This document shows positions 45,501-56,992 of a stretch of 64,000 nt of DNA, one piece after another. This DNA is from Lenisia limosa (taxonomy: Eukaryota > Protista > Breviatea): NCBI GenBank assembly GCA_001655205.1, contig LPNZ01010005.1, positions 1-64,000 on the forward strand. Reading direction: 5' to 3'. Every line of letters starts with the position of its first letter. Positions within the stretch are counted from its first letter, which is position 1. The notes beneath the pieces are model-generated. The model did not search any database, had not been told where the DNA came from, and saw only the letters and a list, made by a program, of their open reading frames with translations. Made by a program: the position numbers and the translations under genes.

Positions 45501-47033
45501 CTACTTACTGGGATGTAGCGGCCATCCCCAAGTCAACCTCGTAATGGGGTATGGATTGCCGCATCGCTTCCTCCTCCAAAACCAGTGCAACAGACTTCTG
45601 TCAATAGGTAAGTTTACTTTGAATCAGGCTTTTCTTACTTTTAGAGCGTCTCTATTTTCACCACTTGTTGCAGCTGAGCAAGTAGGTAATGTGTTTATTT
45701 TTCTCCATTAAAGTTTCCATATCATATGGCATATAGTACGCCATGTCGTACTCAATGCTATTTTTTTTACAGTTTTAGGAGTTCATAGTAGCTAACGATC
45801 ACCATATTGTGAAAGCCAATCAACAGTAGGTTTTGTTTGGTTGAATCTTTGCTCATGTTCAGGGCGGGTACTCAGGTGTTTATCCCAATTGAAACCGTTC
45901 CAATTTCTTCGGTTCTTGAAGGTTTGATTGTTTTTTTTTCTGTCATAATTTTCTGCTATTTGCATTCTTCCAACAGTTCAGGTGACATGCTTCCTGCAGC
46001 CCCTCCGGCGATTGCGTTCCAAGATGCTTCAACTACAAACCTTATACCAGCAGGTTGGCCATTATGGTACTCATTGTTTAGAACCACTAAGGTTCTTGAA
46101 AGAAGAAAACAACTCCAGTTGTAAGCCTTTTGTTCGTTCCTATTGTCTTTACCCTCTAGTATCATTAATGGATGACCTTTCATTCAATCGGAATCTATCT
46201 GGTTTGCTCTTTTCTCAACCCTTCTGGTTAACAACATATATATGTAGATGCAACTGTTCTTGGAAGATCCTCTACGTTTTTAACTGACATGGATATTCAA
46301 TCCCCGGTTGCGCTTGGTACCAATTGTGAGTATTTCTTGACAAACGGCAATGGAGTATTGGGTATTTGTTTGTGTGTGTTTATGAAAATTGAAACACCTA
46401 TAAAAAAAGGACAGATTTGCAAATTCTGACTTAGTCTAGTCAGTGTCAAAAAACAACAATCACCATCGCCTGTCACGCCGCCTCCCAGCCGGGTACCTGC
46501 CATCGTCAAGCCTTTCCAACTGCCCAAACCTGTTGGCACGTGACATTCTCGTTGTTATTGCTTAGACCTCTCCCATGCCAAAATCTCGGCCCAATTCCGC
46601 CTTCTTTGACCTACATAAACCAAGTGCTGTATTTCTCCCTAATATTTCAAGTGGTGAGTGGGTGATCTGGATTCCTGTCTCATGTTGATTTTGTCTCATT
46701 GCTTAGGTCGAGGGTCTGCGAAAGTTCATGAGGTTTGTTACGTTTCATTGTAATATCTATAGACCAAAGTTTCTCCAGGATATGCGTTTCCATTGAGTAA
46801 GGGACCTGGCAAACCCAAGGGAGCCACCCCTTCCGATTCACAGTCTGGCAACTCGCAGATAGGCAAGTCCATACGCGCGGCTTCACGAGCGCGAGCACCA
46901 CTGGTCCTTGACCCTGCCACCTCCGCTGGTCCAAGTATTGGGTATGCCTCTCCTTTTTTAAAACCTATTCTATAGACCCTCTTTACCAACAACGTATTTT
47001 GCCCCTCCTTTGCCTTTGAAGAAGAAAAGATGA
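42526..47033 (+). CDS. Large protein with N-terminal LRRs plus LRRcap and an uncharacterised, Ser/Pro-rich C-terminal part (may be more than one gene)
   Basis: MGGRNPLLEDFDLLWVDVSHRSL-TRLNSLTELVEHANNLQASNNKLLSFKGMPRWPELWKIDASDNE-LISLDGI...LLLAGNNL...LTLLENP...YRYLVIVLLPRVVMLDGLFVTSEERTLAE. Exons with GT-AG ends continue to PLPLKKKR* (47031-33). Confidence 0.6.
46360..46399. repeat. Dispersed 40-bp intronic repeat, copy 1 (copy 2 at 53228-53267)
   Basis: GGGTATTTGTTTGTGT(G/A)TGTTTATGAAAATTGAAACACCT; 39/40 identical between the two copies. Confidence 0.85.
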
Positions 47034-47236
47034 AATTCCATAGAGTTCACAAGTTGGCAGTTCCCCCTTATTTATTGTCTCCGAACCTAAAACGGTTCGT
47101 TTTATGTTATGTATGTTCCGAGGTTGAATTTTGATGTAGGATTCATAATTACTTTTTGAGGTTATTACCTATAATTGAAACAGATACCATAGCTTAAATC
47201 TTGAAGAATGTTGTAGAAACCGTTGTTGCAGGCTGA

Positions 47237-48949
47237 TCAATGTTCATCATGATCGTGATGGTCATCATCCTCATGAGAGTGCGAATGTGGCATCAGCAAA
47301 AGGAGGGCCATCACAATAAGTCCAGTAGCAATCATTGCCATCTAATCGGTAAGGTCAGGTTTTTTTTCTCTCTCATCAAACCTGTCCAAAGATGAGGGTC
47401 TTCTTATGAGTTTCTTGAAGAAGAGGGATCAAATCCGCCGCAGCTGTACCGTCAGATTTTGAGATAGAGGACTTACCGATATAGATGAAGTTACCAGCAG
47501 CAAAAGCAAGGATGTATGCTGTCAATTCATGGTCGAGTCCATCCAACGCCAAAGCAAAGCAAGCTCCAATCTAAAAGTGAGACAAATACCCTCTGAGGAT
47601 CTTGCATACAATACTTGTCATCGCCGAAATTAAATTGAAAAAGAGCGCCTTCTTCATGGAGAAGCCAGCCTTGAGCAAAACACCAAAGTCACCAAGCTCT
47701 TGGGGAATCTGGGTAGTGGGATAAGTGATATTTCAAGATTTGGTATAGTGTTGACTGGCTCACTTCGTGCAAAATTACACCAACAGAGGCAACAAGCCCG
47801 GTTGAGAAACCGGTGAGGAATGCGGCAGCAAGAAGAACACCTGAAGTTAGCCATGTATGAAACTCTTTCACAAACCATCAATGAAGTTATGAAGACCATC
47901 TGACCACAAGATTATGAATGCGTATGACGACGTTTTCTGAAGGTGTCACCTGAGCATGTGTTTTTTGAAAAGTAACGATGTACAACCATTGGATATCATC
48001 ATAACAGCAATGATTGGACGCGACATACTTGTTGTTTCGTGGTAGGTGTCGGTTCTGGAACCTCAGGGTCTTCTTTAGCATGGGGCGGCGTCTCCAAATG
48101 GACGTGTCCGGGATCAATAGTTGAAGGTGTTGTCGCCGCCGGCTCTTCAATCTGAACCATGAACCTCTAAATCCACTAAATGCCGTATCATCGTCATTAC
48201 AATAAGACCAACGCACAATGTTTTTGAGTTGGGGTGTGGCAGCATGACCTTGAGAACAGCTTGGAGTGGGGGCGTGATGACAGTGGTGGGCAACTCCGTC
48301 AAAGTCGGAGTGGCTCTGTGTCGAGTGGATAACCTGTGAAGTGAACAGGCTTATCATTTCACCAATAGACTTGGTAAAAAAGAGTTTGGAATAGCCCACC
48401 TTTTCAAAGAGGAAGTTGAAGAGGATGCCAGCAAGAACTAAAGCAAGTCAATTCAACTCAAAATCTGCTGATCACAAGAACAGCAAATAGGAAGTGGATA
48501 GCAGAAAAGAGAAAAAAAGAAAATAGAGTCTGTGGAATAATGACATAATAATGATTTGGCATTGGCAGCAAATGTGGATGATAAGAAAGCAATTCGGATT
48601 CAATTGAGAAAAAGTCGACCTATATCGGGACGGCCCCCAGCATACCAACTGTGCTGACTGTCCTCGAAAAACCAAGCTCCTCTGAAACCTCGGGTAGAAG
48701 ATGAAGGAAGGCACCTCCGAGAAGACTTCCTACTGCCAAAGCAACCATTAAGTCAATTGTGCTGTGAATCCTAGAATTTATTAAATACATAACAAAAATA
48801 TGAACATTTAAGCGGACATAGAAGCAAAGTAATGCAAGTGCAAACCGTTTTTCATTCACCGTGCGCAGAAAGAGGATTCCAATCATGGAAACTACCGATA
48901 TTAGTGCTACAGTTACTATGGTAGCAATTGCTTCATCAAATTCCACCAT
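47237..48949 (-). CDS. ZIP (SLC39, LIV-1/ZIP7-13 type) zinc transporter
   Basis: VALAVGSLLGGAFLHLLPE; His-rich loop; SDGLHNFIDG; ILHE-IPQELGDFGVLLKAG; AAGNFIYI; His-rich C-terminus; stop TGA. Confidence 0.93.
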
Positions 48950-49368
48950 TATACTCAACAACAAGAGGAACTTATCAAATGACTTATCAAATGACTTAGA
49001 CTTTAGCGTTAGTTGGACTTAAAATCGCTACTAATTATTAAAATAAAACGAAATACGGGTTATTCTAGACTATTTAATGCCAATTTTCAAAAAAAAATGT
49101 TATTAAATACACACTTATATGGCTCGGTTTGGCTTGGTTTGGCTGAGTTTTGGCTGGGTTCAAGGCTCGGTGAATTGTTGTTTTTGAAAAGTCGGAATGC
49201 GATCCAGTGTGATCTGGGAAGTTGTTGTGTATAAATAACAAAACAAAAAAATCAGAACTCTTTTGTTTTGCTGTTGTTTTGTCTTTGTTCCTCTTTTCGT
49301 TTTCCTAGCATAGATATAGCGATACTATACCAGTTGGCTCCATTGAAAGCTCTCGATATTTGAGCAAA

Positions 49369-51580
49369 ATGTTCGGAGATGGGGACGGTTTGTCTTGTTC
49401 TGTTAATGTAGCTGCCCTCTTCAGTTTCTCTGACCATATTATAATGATGATGCTGTTAGCACTCTATTTTGCGTTTTCATATGGGTGATTTTTTGGCTTG
49501 ACATAGATTTTTCTCTTTGAAGCTATTCAAAGACTATGAAGTGAGGGCTGCTTCTGTTGTGGGACTTTTCTGTCTCACTTTCTGTCTTTCCTCCATGTTT
49601 TTTACTCTAATTTGTTTTGAGATTGGGAAGATTCTGCACAGAGAGTATGTGCCTTCTGCTCAATGTTTTAACCTTCAGGACAAGACTGTTGTACTGGTAT
49701 ATTTCGATCTACTCAATGATTCTCATTCTGATTTTTATTTTGCCTTTTTACTCTGCTTTTCGTTTTGGAGTCGATATTGGTAGGTGCTGATAGAATTCCG
49801 ACTTTTTATGGAATTGGCCACTGTACTTACCGAGCTGTCAGGCTTCAACCGAATTCCTTCATTCATTCTTTCGGGATGTCTCACACTATCCTGGCTGATT
49901 ATCTTCTGGAAAATCGGAGATTTTGCGTTCACTGCTGACCATGGTGAGTATGGTTGAGTTGCAAATGGTGGTACATATTTAGTAACCATTTCCAGCCCTT
50001 CTTTCAGTGGAGTCAACCATCTCACGGATTGGAATCATCGGTAGGTTGGTGTGAGCTTCATATTTCTCAATTACATCTCCACGCTGTATACTCCTTATCC
50101 ACACTTCATGTTTAAAATCTGGTAGGAGTCACAGTGATGGCCATTTTGTCCGGTTTTGGTGCGGTAAACTGTCCGTATACGTACTTGAACTATTTCCTTA
50201 AGTTGGGGGGGGGGGGGTCTTTTTAAACCATCTNNNNNNNNNNNNNNNNNNNNNNNNNNNNNNNNNNNNNNNNNNNNNNNNNNNNNNNTCAAATTACACA
50301 GCGTGTTACTCAGCTGAATAGCATTCTACGAGGGATTTCCAAAAGGAAAACGCACCTTCTTTATTTGAAAAAAGAGCTTCGTCTCATCAAGCCCGATGTG
50401 GGGTTCTTTTTTTTTATGAGCAATTATTAACAGGTGCACTAACCCTTTAGTCAGCAACATCATTTATTCGACAGTGGGTGGACAGTATTTTGGGGACTGG
50501 CGAGCACCAAATGCTTCATGACAGTTTGAGGGTTGAGTCGAGGATCTGTTTAACCTTATGGGTAAAAGCAACAAAGCAAAAGGCCTAATGCTACAGATAT
50601 CCGAACAGTGGGCCGAGAGATTATGTATGCCGAAGAAAGTGCATCTCAACTCTTTTTAGCAGTTAATGAGGACAAACTTGAGGTATATAATATCCTGTGT
50701 GTTCACAAAAACAGAGAGAACGAATCAAATTCTCATATTCATGGAGAGGAAGAATGTTTAACAGTCTTGGATACTTCTTTTCAGTATACTGTATTTACAA
50801 GATGGTGATGGTAGGGTCCCAATTGAGTTGTCTTGTTTTACCTTTACTTAGTGTACTATTAACATTATATTCGACCGACGGGTAGGAAATGACCCAGTTA
50901 CACGCGGTTTCGAACTAGCAATAAAGTATGTCTTGTTATTTTTTCTTCATTTCCAAACCGTTTTTCATCTGTTTAGGTATCTTGATTTGACCGTGGATAT
51001 TACTTTTTGGCCACAGGTAGACTCTGATTGACTGCATTCACGCTTTAGATTATCTCATTTATCTTCGTTGGTGTTCTTGTTTTGGTATCAATAAGAGGCT
51101 TCCTGATACAACTGACTAAGGTTTGTGCAAAATATTTCTTATTCCTAGTTTTTCGTCTATTTGTCTTCTGGAGTTTCGTCAAACGTGATTGTTCTTCTTC
51201 TTGCAGAGCTGATGGGCATTTACTTCATGAGTACACTCATTCTCCTCCGAGTAAATATGCCCTATCAACACAGGTGAGTATGGTTAAATAGCAAGGCAAG
51301 AATGATGGGGAAAGGAAGGCAAAAGGGGGAATGGAAAATTCCACATTGGGGATGAAATAATATCCCTAAACTTGATCACTTCTTCACTCTCAAGATTAAT
51401 TGTCGATGAAGTTGTTGGTGCTTTGGAATTCGACTTTTACCACAGGTGGTTTGATATTATTTTCTTCTTCAGGTAAGACAAGAATTGATCTCAATGTGTA
51501 GTACAATTGCCTCTATTATTTTCATTTATGCGAACGAACATGTTGCATCCAGTTTAAATAATCGACCTCTCTGGAGATAG
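49369..51580 (+). CDS. GPR89: Golgi pH regulator / GPR89 / GTG1-type membrane protein
   Basis: KLFKDYEV...[20 protein letters not shown]; IFWKIGD; [18 protein letters not shown]; [12 protein letters not shown]; [10 protein letters not shown]; SIRGFL; [17 protein letters not shown]; [12 protein letters not shown]. Confidence 0.93.
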
Positions 51581-51714
51581 TGTGCCTGGTTTTATCTGTA
51601 GCCCTATTCTATTTCTTAAGTTGTTTCTGATTGATGCAGTGCTGACTGCAAGAACGTATGGATGTTAATAGTATTGAAATATTGTTACATCAGACATAAT
51701 AGAACTAAACCTAG

Positions 51715-53841
51715 CTACTCTCTCTTAGCAATTGTGATGGCCTCATCCCACGGGCCATGAATTTCACTGCAGAGTCAGATTATTCAGCCAAAGGTAGAAA
51801 TAGACCCCTCGCCACTTACTTTTTGTACTTCTGGAGCAACATAAAGGACAATGGGAAAACCGAAGAAATCAGAAGTACAAAGACGACAAACGCAAAGCTC
51901 ATTGCTTTGGAGAGTGGATACAACCATAAGGCAACGGTGGAACACTGAATAAGACATGTCATCACGTACACTCGAGGAGAGGCATCCTGGGAAGTTTGAA
52001 ATAGAACTAAAGTGCGAGAAAGGAGAAGATTGTACCTACTTTTAGACCGTAGTATATAATGGGGAAGAAGACAAACGATTCCACTGCATAAGACATAACG
52101 GCAAACACCTGGAATATCAATCATTCAGATCTCCCCTTTTGATTCGAGGATAATATGGTACTGCACGACGTTATGGTTTTTGAGTTCCCACCTTTAAAGG
52201 GCTTGTGAGTCTTGACGCAAGAAGAACTGCTGCAAAAATGGCCGAATTCAGAGGGAGTGGGCCTACCAAACTGGAGAATTAAACGATTTAAGAGAGGCAC
52301 CGATAAAAAAAAAAACGCTGGATCCCAACCTAATTGGAACTTCAGCGTACTCAGAAGTGAAAAGATGACACATTAAGAGAAGTGCTACAGGTGTGAACAA
52401 AGAAAAATACCCTTTAAATAAAAGGCACTCACCTGTCAAGAGCCATATAGTGTCATCAGAGAACGAAGATGTAAGACTCATAATGACCGGACTCAAGGCC
52501 AGCACCGTGAGAATCGAGAGAACAATTGCTCGAGGCTCCATTGTTTGCAGGTTTGCTTGATGTGTCATAACAAGCAATCAGATTTTATGAAAATTTGAAC
52601 TACGAGCAGTGTCATCAAATATTCGGCAAGATGGGACCCCACTAGTTATTTGTAAAAAGGAAAAACAGAAGAATCTGAAGCCAGATTGTAAACAAGTAAT
52701 AAGAAGTCAATTAAGACCTACTGTCAGTATGTTTCCAACAACGGCGAAGGAAATAGGCAATTACAGACGTGAAGAAATGGGGAAGAAAAGGGAGATAAGG
52801 CTAAAGAGTGAGATTTATCCAAAAGACGCTAAGTATTAATATGAAAGGTACTAAATACAAGTTGATTTTTATAATCGAAAGTACTCACATTAGGAGAAGA
52901 GAGTGGGCCATTCATGTAGAGCATGAACACAAGGACAAAAAGAACAGCAAGCGACAACTGCCATGATACAGCCAAGCTGTCGTAACAAAGTCCTAAGTAT
53001 GGTCTCTGACGAACATTCTCTGCCAACGTTAATAAATATGGAGAATAGCATACGATATGATATCATATGTATTATGACTATTTCACAAACCATTTTGAGT
53101 AAGGCCAAAAAGAAAACTGTGGTCAACATAGTTGTCTGGGAAGGGCTGTCGCTCCCAGAGCATCTTCTTCCAAACGGGCCCTTCAACATCTATCAAAAGG
53201 TAATGATGAATATGACAAATTGCAATGGGGTATTTGTTTGTGTATGTTTATGAAAATTGAAACACCTCATTAAAGCATAGAAGAAGGTTGTTAACCACCC
53301 CTCACATGAAGAATCGTAGTAAGAAGAAGAGTCATCAGAGCGTGGAGACTGTAAATGACTGAAAGAGCTCTAAAAGAATGACGACACAAAAACCATCTCC
53401 TACATTGAGACACTGGGCACAGAACCGGTATCCTGGAGTCACAAGGTTGTGGTCGTTTGGACATCGTCCAGGGCTTTCAAGATTAGATATGGAGTAGGTA
53501 TCAAAGGATGATGGCGAGATGAGAGGCGGCGGTGATGGTGTGGCAACTGCTGCAGCGAGGGCGGGACTCAGTCGGTTTGGGGACTGCAGAGATGGAGATG
53601 AAAATCCGACTGGTGGTTTCAATCCAGTGGATCCAAGAGAAGTCTGTGATGGGCTAGTGCGAAGGTTGGTAACTGATGATGAGGCTGAGTCGAAGGAGGG
53701 AAACGATGGGGATTGGTGGAGAGTGAATGATTCATTTTGTGAGAAACGCGGTACACTTGACCTCGACCGTGCATGTCCAGGCTTGAACCTTGACTGCCGC
53801 GTTTGCGGGGTCGGAGGTAAGGCAGAGCTGCTTGGGTTCAT
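51715..53841 (-). CDS. PIGC: GPI-GlcNAc transferase subunit C (PIG-C/GPI2) with an ~190-aa N-terminal extension
   Basis: [20 protein letters not shown]; [19 protein letters not shown]; AAVLLASRL; [12 protein letters not shown]. Upstream exons splice in frame onto this core. Confidence 0.9.
53228..53267. repeat. Dispersed 40-bp intronic repeat, copy 2
   Basis: Matches 46360-46399 at 39/40 positions; lies in a PIG-C intron in the opposite transcriptional orientation. Confidence 0.85.
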
Positions 53842-54443
53842 TGTTTTCAATTCATTTTTGCAGCAAAGCAGCAAAGTGGGCCCCGAAAAAAGAACTAATA
53901 TTTTATTGGTATATGATGGAAAGAGGAAAGGAGGAAAGGCCCTGGAAAGGCCGGGGAGGGGAAAAGAGCAAAGGATTAGTAGGAACGCCCACACCCGCAC
54001 CCCCAGAAAACATAATGTGTTTTGTGGTCTTCTTGTCTTCTCAATGTGTTAAAAGCTTTATTTAACACCACTACTAATATTAGTAACTATTTTAAGGAGA
54101 AATGATGAATTAGAGAGTTAGCACCAAATATCATGGAACAGCAAATCCGTTAATGTCACAGTACCTCTCCTCTCTGCCTTTAAGGCAGCCATATGAGTCT
54201 CGAGTGTACGTTTAAAAATTATTTGTTTAACAATATGTAATTCCTCAGGTTCCATGCACAGCTTCAGGCCAAAACCCCAACCAAGCCGCAAACACCCTCG
54301 AAGCTCTCGCAAACGATTGCATCACGACACCGGTAGGCAATAACGGCTGTGAGATAGGGAAATCGGATTTATTTCGTTGTAGGGAAGTCCAAAGGGATGT
54401 CGTTCATCATGAAAAGGAAGTCAAAACGATTGCGGAACAGAAG

Positions 54444-55745
54444 ATGGCAAGCGTAGCTTTTAGGTTTGCAGCTTTGTTTCCAGAAAGTGTTGATGTTATT
54501 AGCCAGTCGCGACGGTTGAAGTCCATTGTGGCAGACTCAATCGAAAGACTTCCTGGGATGGGTGGAGGAGCTTCTGCACAGCAGTCATCATCTTTCGCAT
54601 ATCGGTATCCTGATATTGCAATGGTAAGATTTAAACCGTTATTTGATAAACTGGTGCAAAATCTCTTATTGAAATTTTTGCTTGAATAAATTTTACATTT
54701 TAGAAGAGTCATGTGGATACAAGTAAACTGAAGACCAAGCCTGAAGGTGAGTGAGACGACTTGGTGGCTGACTGAGCAGAAGTTGATGCTATTACTGAGG
54801 CATATGCGCGCGACGTCATTGGCTTGAAGTCCACATTCCTTACCATGAAGGACGAAATCGAGGTAAGAAAGGAGATGGCTGAAACATACTGGTGTACCCC
54901 TTTTATTTAATTAGAAAACCGTTTTGGAGAATAGTACTCTTCGAGAGGAAAATTCTGATTATGTTGCCAAAAACACGTATCTTCAAGAGCGGGTTGACAC
55001 ACTGGAGGAGTTGCTAAAAGAAGGTTTGAATCCAATTTCTTAGTGTCAAAACTCATGCAATAGAAAGGGCACTTTCTTCCCAAAAAGTACATGATGCTTC
55101 CAAGATGGCCACTCACGAGAAGAATCAGGTAATCATACTAGTAACATATCACAAAGCTGGTATCCATGTCTTACCTTCACATAAAAGGTTGCTGGAGCCG
55201 CTACAACCGCCGTTATGACTATGGAGAGGGAAATTGAACTTATGGCTAGTTCTTTGCAACAGAAATCAAAGGTGAACTTGTACCTTTCGTTTTGTTTAAT
55301 GTTTCTAGGTCATAGCTGATTTGCAGGAAGAGTTATCATCACTTGAAGAAGAGAATGCTGCAATGTACACCGCGCTTAATGAGGTATATTACAGTATAGT
55401 ATAATATATGATATTATAGTTATTCAAAAGTATATGTCTCTAAATAAAATCTATGGAAACCAAAATGTGCCTTGCTGCGAAGATTATTTTACGTTTAATT
55501 TTTTTTTTTCTCATTTTTTTTTAGGTTGCTCAAGACCATCAGCATCTTGTTGAGGAACATGAGCTGGCACATGAAGCATTGGAAAAGGTAGGACATGCGT
55601 GAGGTTAATGACTGTCTTTTGTTTGGATGTTGTAACCAGTGCTCTTGAAATCACTGTGAGCTGACCTACTGTCAACCAGGTTCAACAAGAATGTATTGAC
55701 AGCCCCCATGCCCCTACCAGATACCACGCTAAGCGGCTTGAATTT
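54444..55745 (+). CDS. Coiled-coil protein exons (probably the N-terminal part of the RapGAP-domain gene downstream)
   Basis: Exons EVDAITEAYARDVIGLKSTFLTMKDEIE, KTVLENSTLREENSDYVAKNTYLQERVDTLEELLKE, MEREIELMASSLQQKSK, EELSSLEEENAAMYTALNE. No stop is seen before the donor at 55746; gaps follow. Confidence 0.6.
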
Positions 55746-55791
55746 GTGAGTTTGTTTGACAGCTAAAGGATACATCATATATTATATATTA

Positions 55792-56220
55792 CACCGTCCA
55801 TATATCTGTGAATTTTCCTCTATCTGTGAATTTTTTTGAAATATACGAAAACTGTTGCTAAAAATATGGCATAAAACTAAGAGAATTGTCATAACACTCT
55901 TGTTGCTAACAAAAAGGACAATAACTTTTATTTGTTGCTGACAACATTTTATTGTGGCGAGATTGCTGGTTATTTGTNNNNNNNNNNNNNNNNNNNNNNN
56001 NNNNNNNNNNNNNNNNNNNNNNNNNNNNNNNNNNNNNNNNNNNNNNNNNNNNNNNNNNNNNNNNNNNNNNNNNNNNNNNNNNNNNNNNNNNNNNNNNNNN
56101 NNNNNNNNNNNNNNNNNNNNNNNNNNNNNNNNNNNNNNNNNNNNNNNNNNNNNNNNNNNNNNNNNNNNNNNNNNNNNNNNNNNNNNNNNNNNNNNNNNNN
56201 NNNNNNNNNNNTGGACGGTG
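55792..56220. mobile_element. Probable TA-inserting MITE (~430 bp, partly in gap) in an intron
   Basis: Ends TA|CACCGTCCA ... TGGACGGTG|TG are reverse complements. Subterminal repeats ATCTGTGAATTT x2 and TTGTTGCT x3. Only 9-10 bp of the right TIR is visible next to Ns. Confidence 0.5.
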
Positions 56221-56992
56221 TGATATATCATGATATATAGTTGTAGCAATGAGAAATAAATAATAAAAAAAAGATAATATCTGGCCGAAGATGTCCACAT
56301 AATCACGCTGATTCACCCAATCATTTGCCATACCTTGAAAGTGCTTGCATTCCCTTGGCTTGTTCGGGGCCCTTGTACATGTGGTTCTTAGCAATATGGG
56401 CAACAACCTTGACGGTGAGGAGGGGGGTATANNNNNNNNNNNNNNNNNNNNNNNNNNNNNNNNNNNNNNNNNNNNNNNNNNNNNNNNNNNNNNNNNNNNN
56501 NNNNNNNNNNNNNNNNNNNNNNNNNNNNNNNNNNNNNNNNNNNNNNNNNNNNNNNNNNNNNNNNNNNNNNNNNNNNNNNNNNNNNNNNNNNNNNNNNNNN
56601 NNNNNNNNNNNNNNNNNNNNNNNNNNNNNNNNNNNNNNGTAAAATACTGTTTTTGAATAAATATACAAAAGTGAGAAACTAAACCGTGAGATAACACACA
56701 GTATCAGTTAGAAACCAGTACCTATCCTCTATTTTCACCCTCTGACCTTCCTGTCGTCTTCGGCGTTTTTGTTGTCGAGAACAATGAAAAGGCAGTCAAA
56801 ACNNNNNNNNNNCTCTTTTGGTTGTTTTTAATTGAAGTAAATTCTGAAGATGATCCTCAAAAATTCAATGAATTAACATTATATGATAAATACTGTAATA
56901 CTCAACTTATTCTCTCAAGGAAAATGTTCATTTGGCTTGTTTTCACAGATAGAGGAAAATTCACAGAATTATTGGGATGCTAACGGCTTCAG

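Noticed and set aside
55782-56697. Long ORFs in the track around the gaps
   Set aside because: They are mostly poly-X translations of N runs, not evidence of coding.
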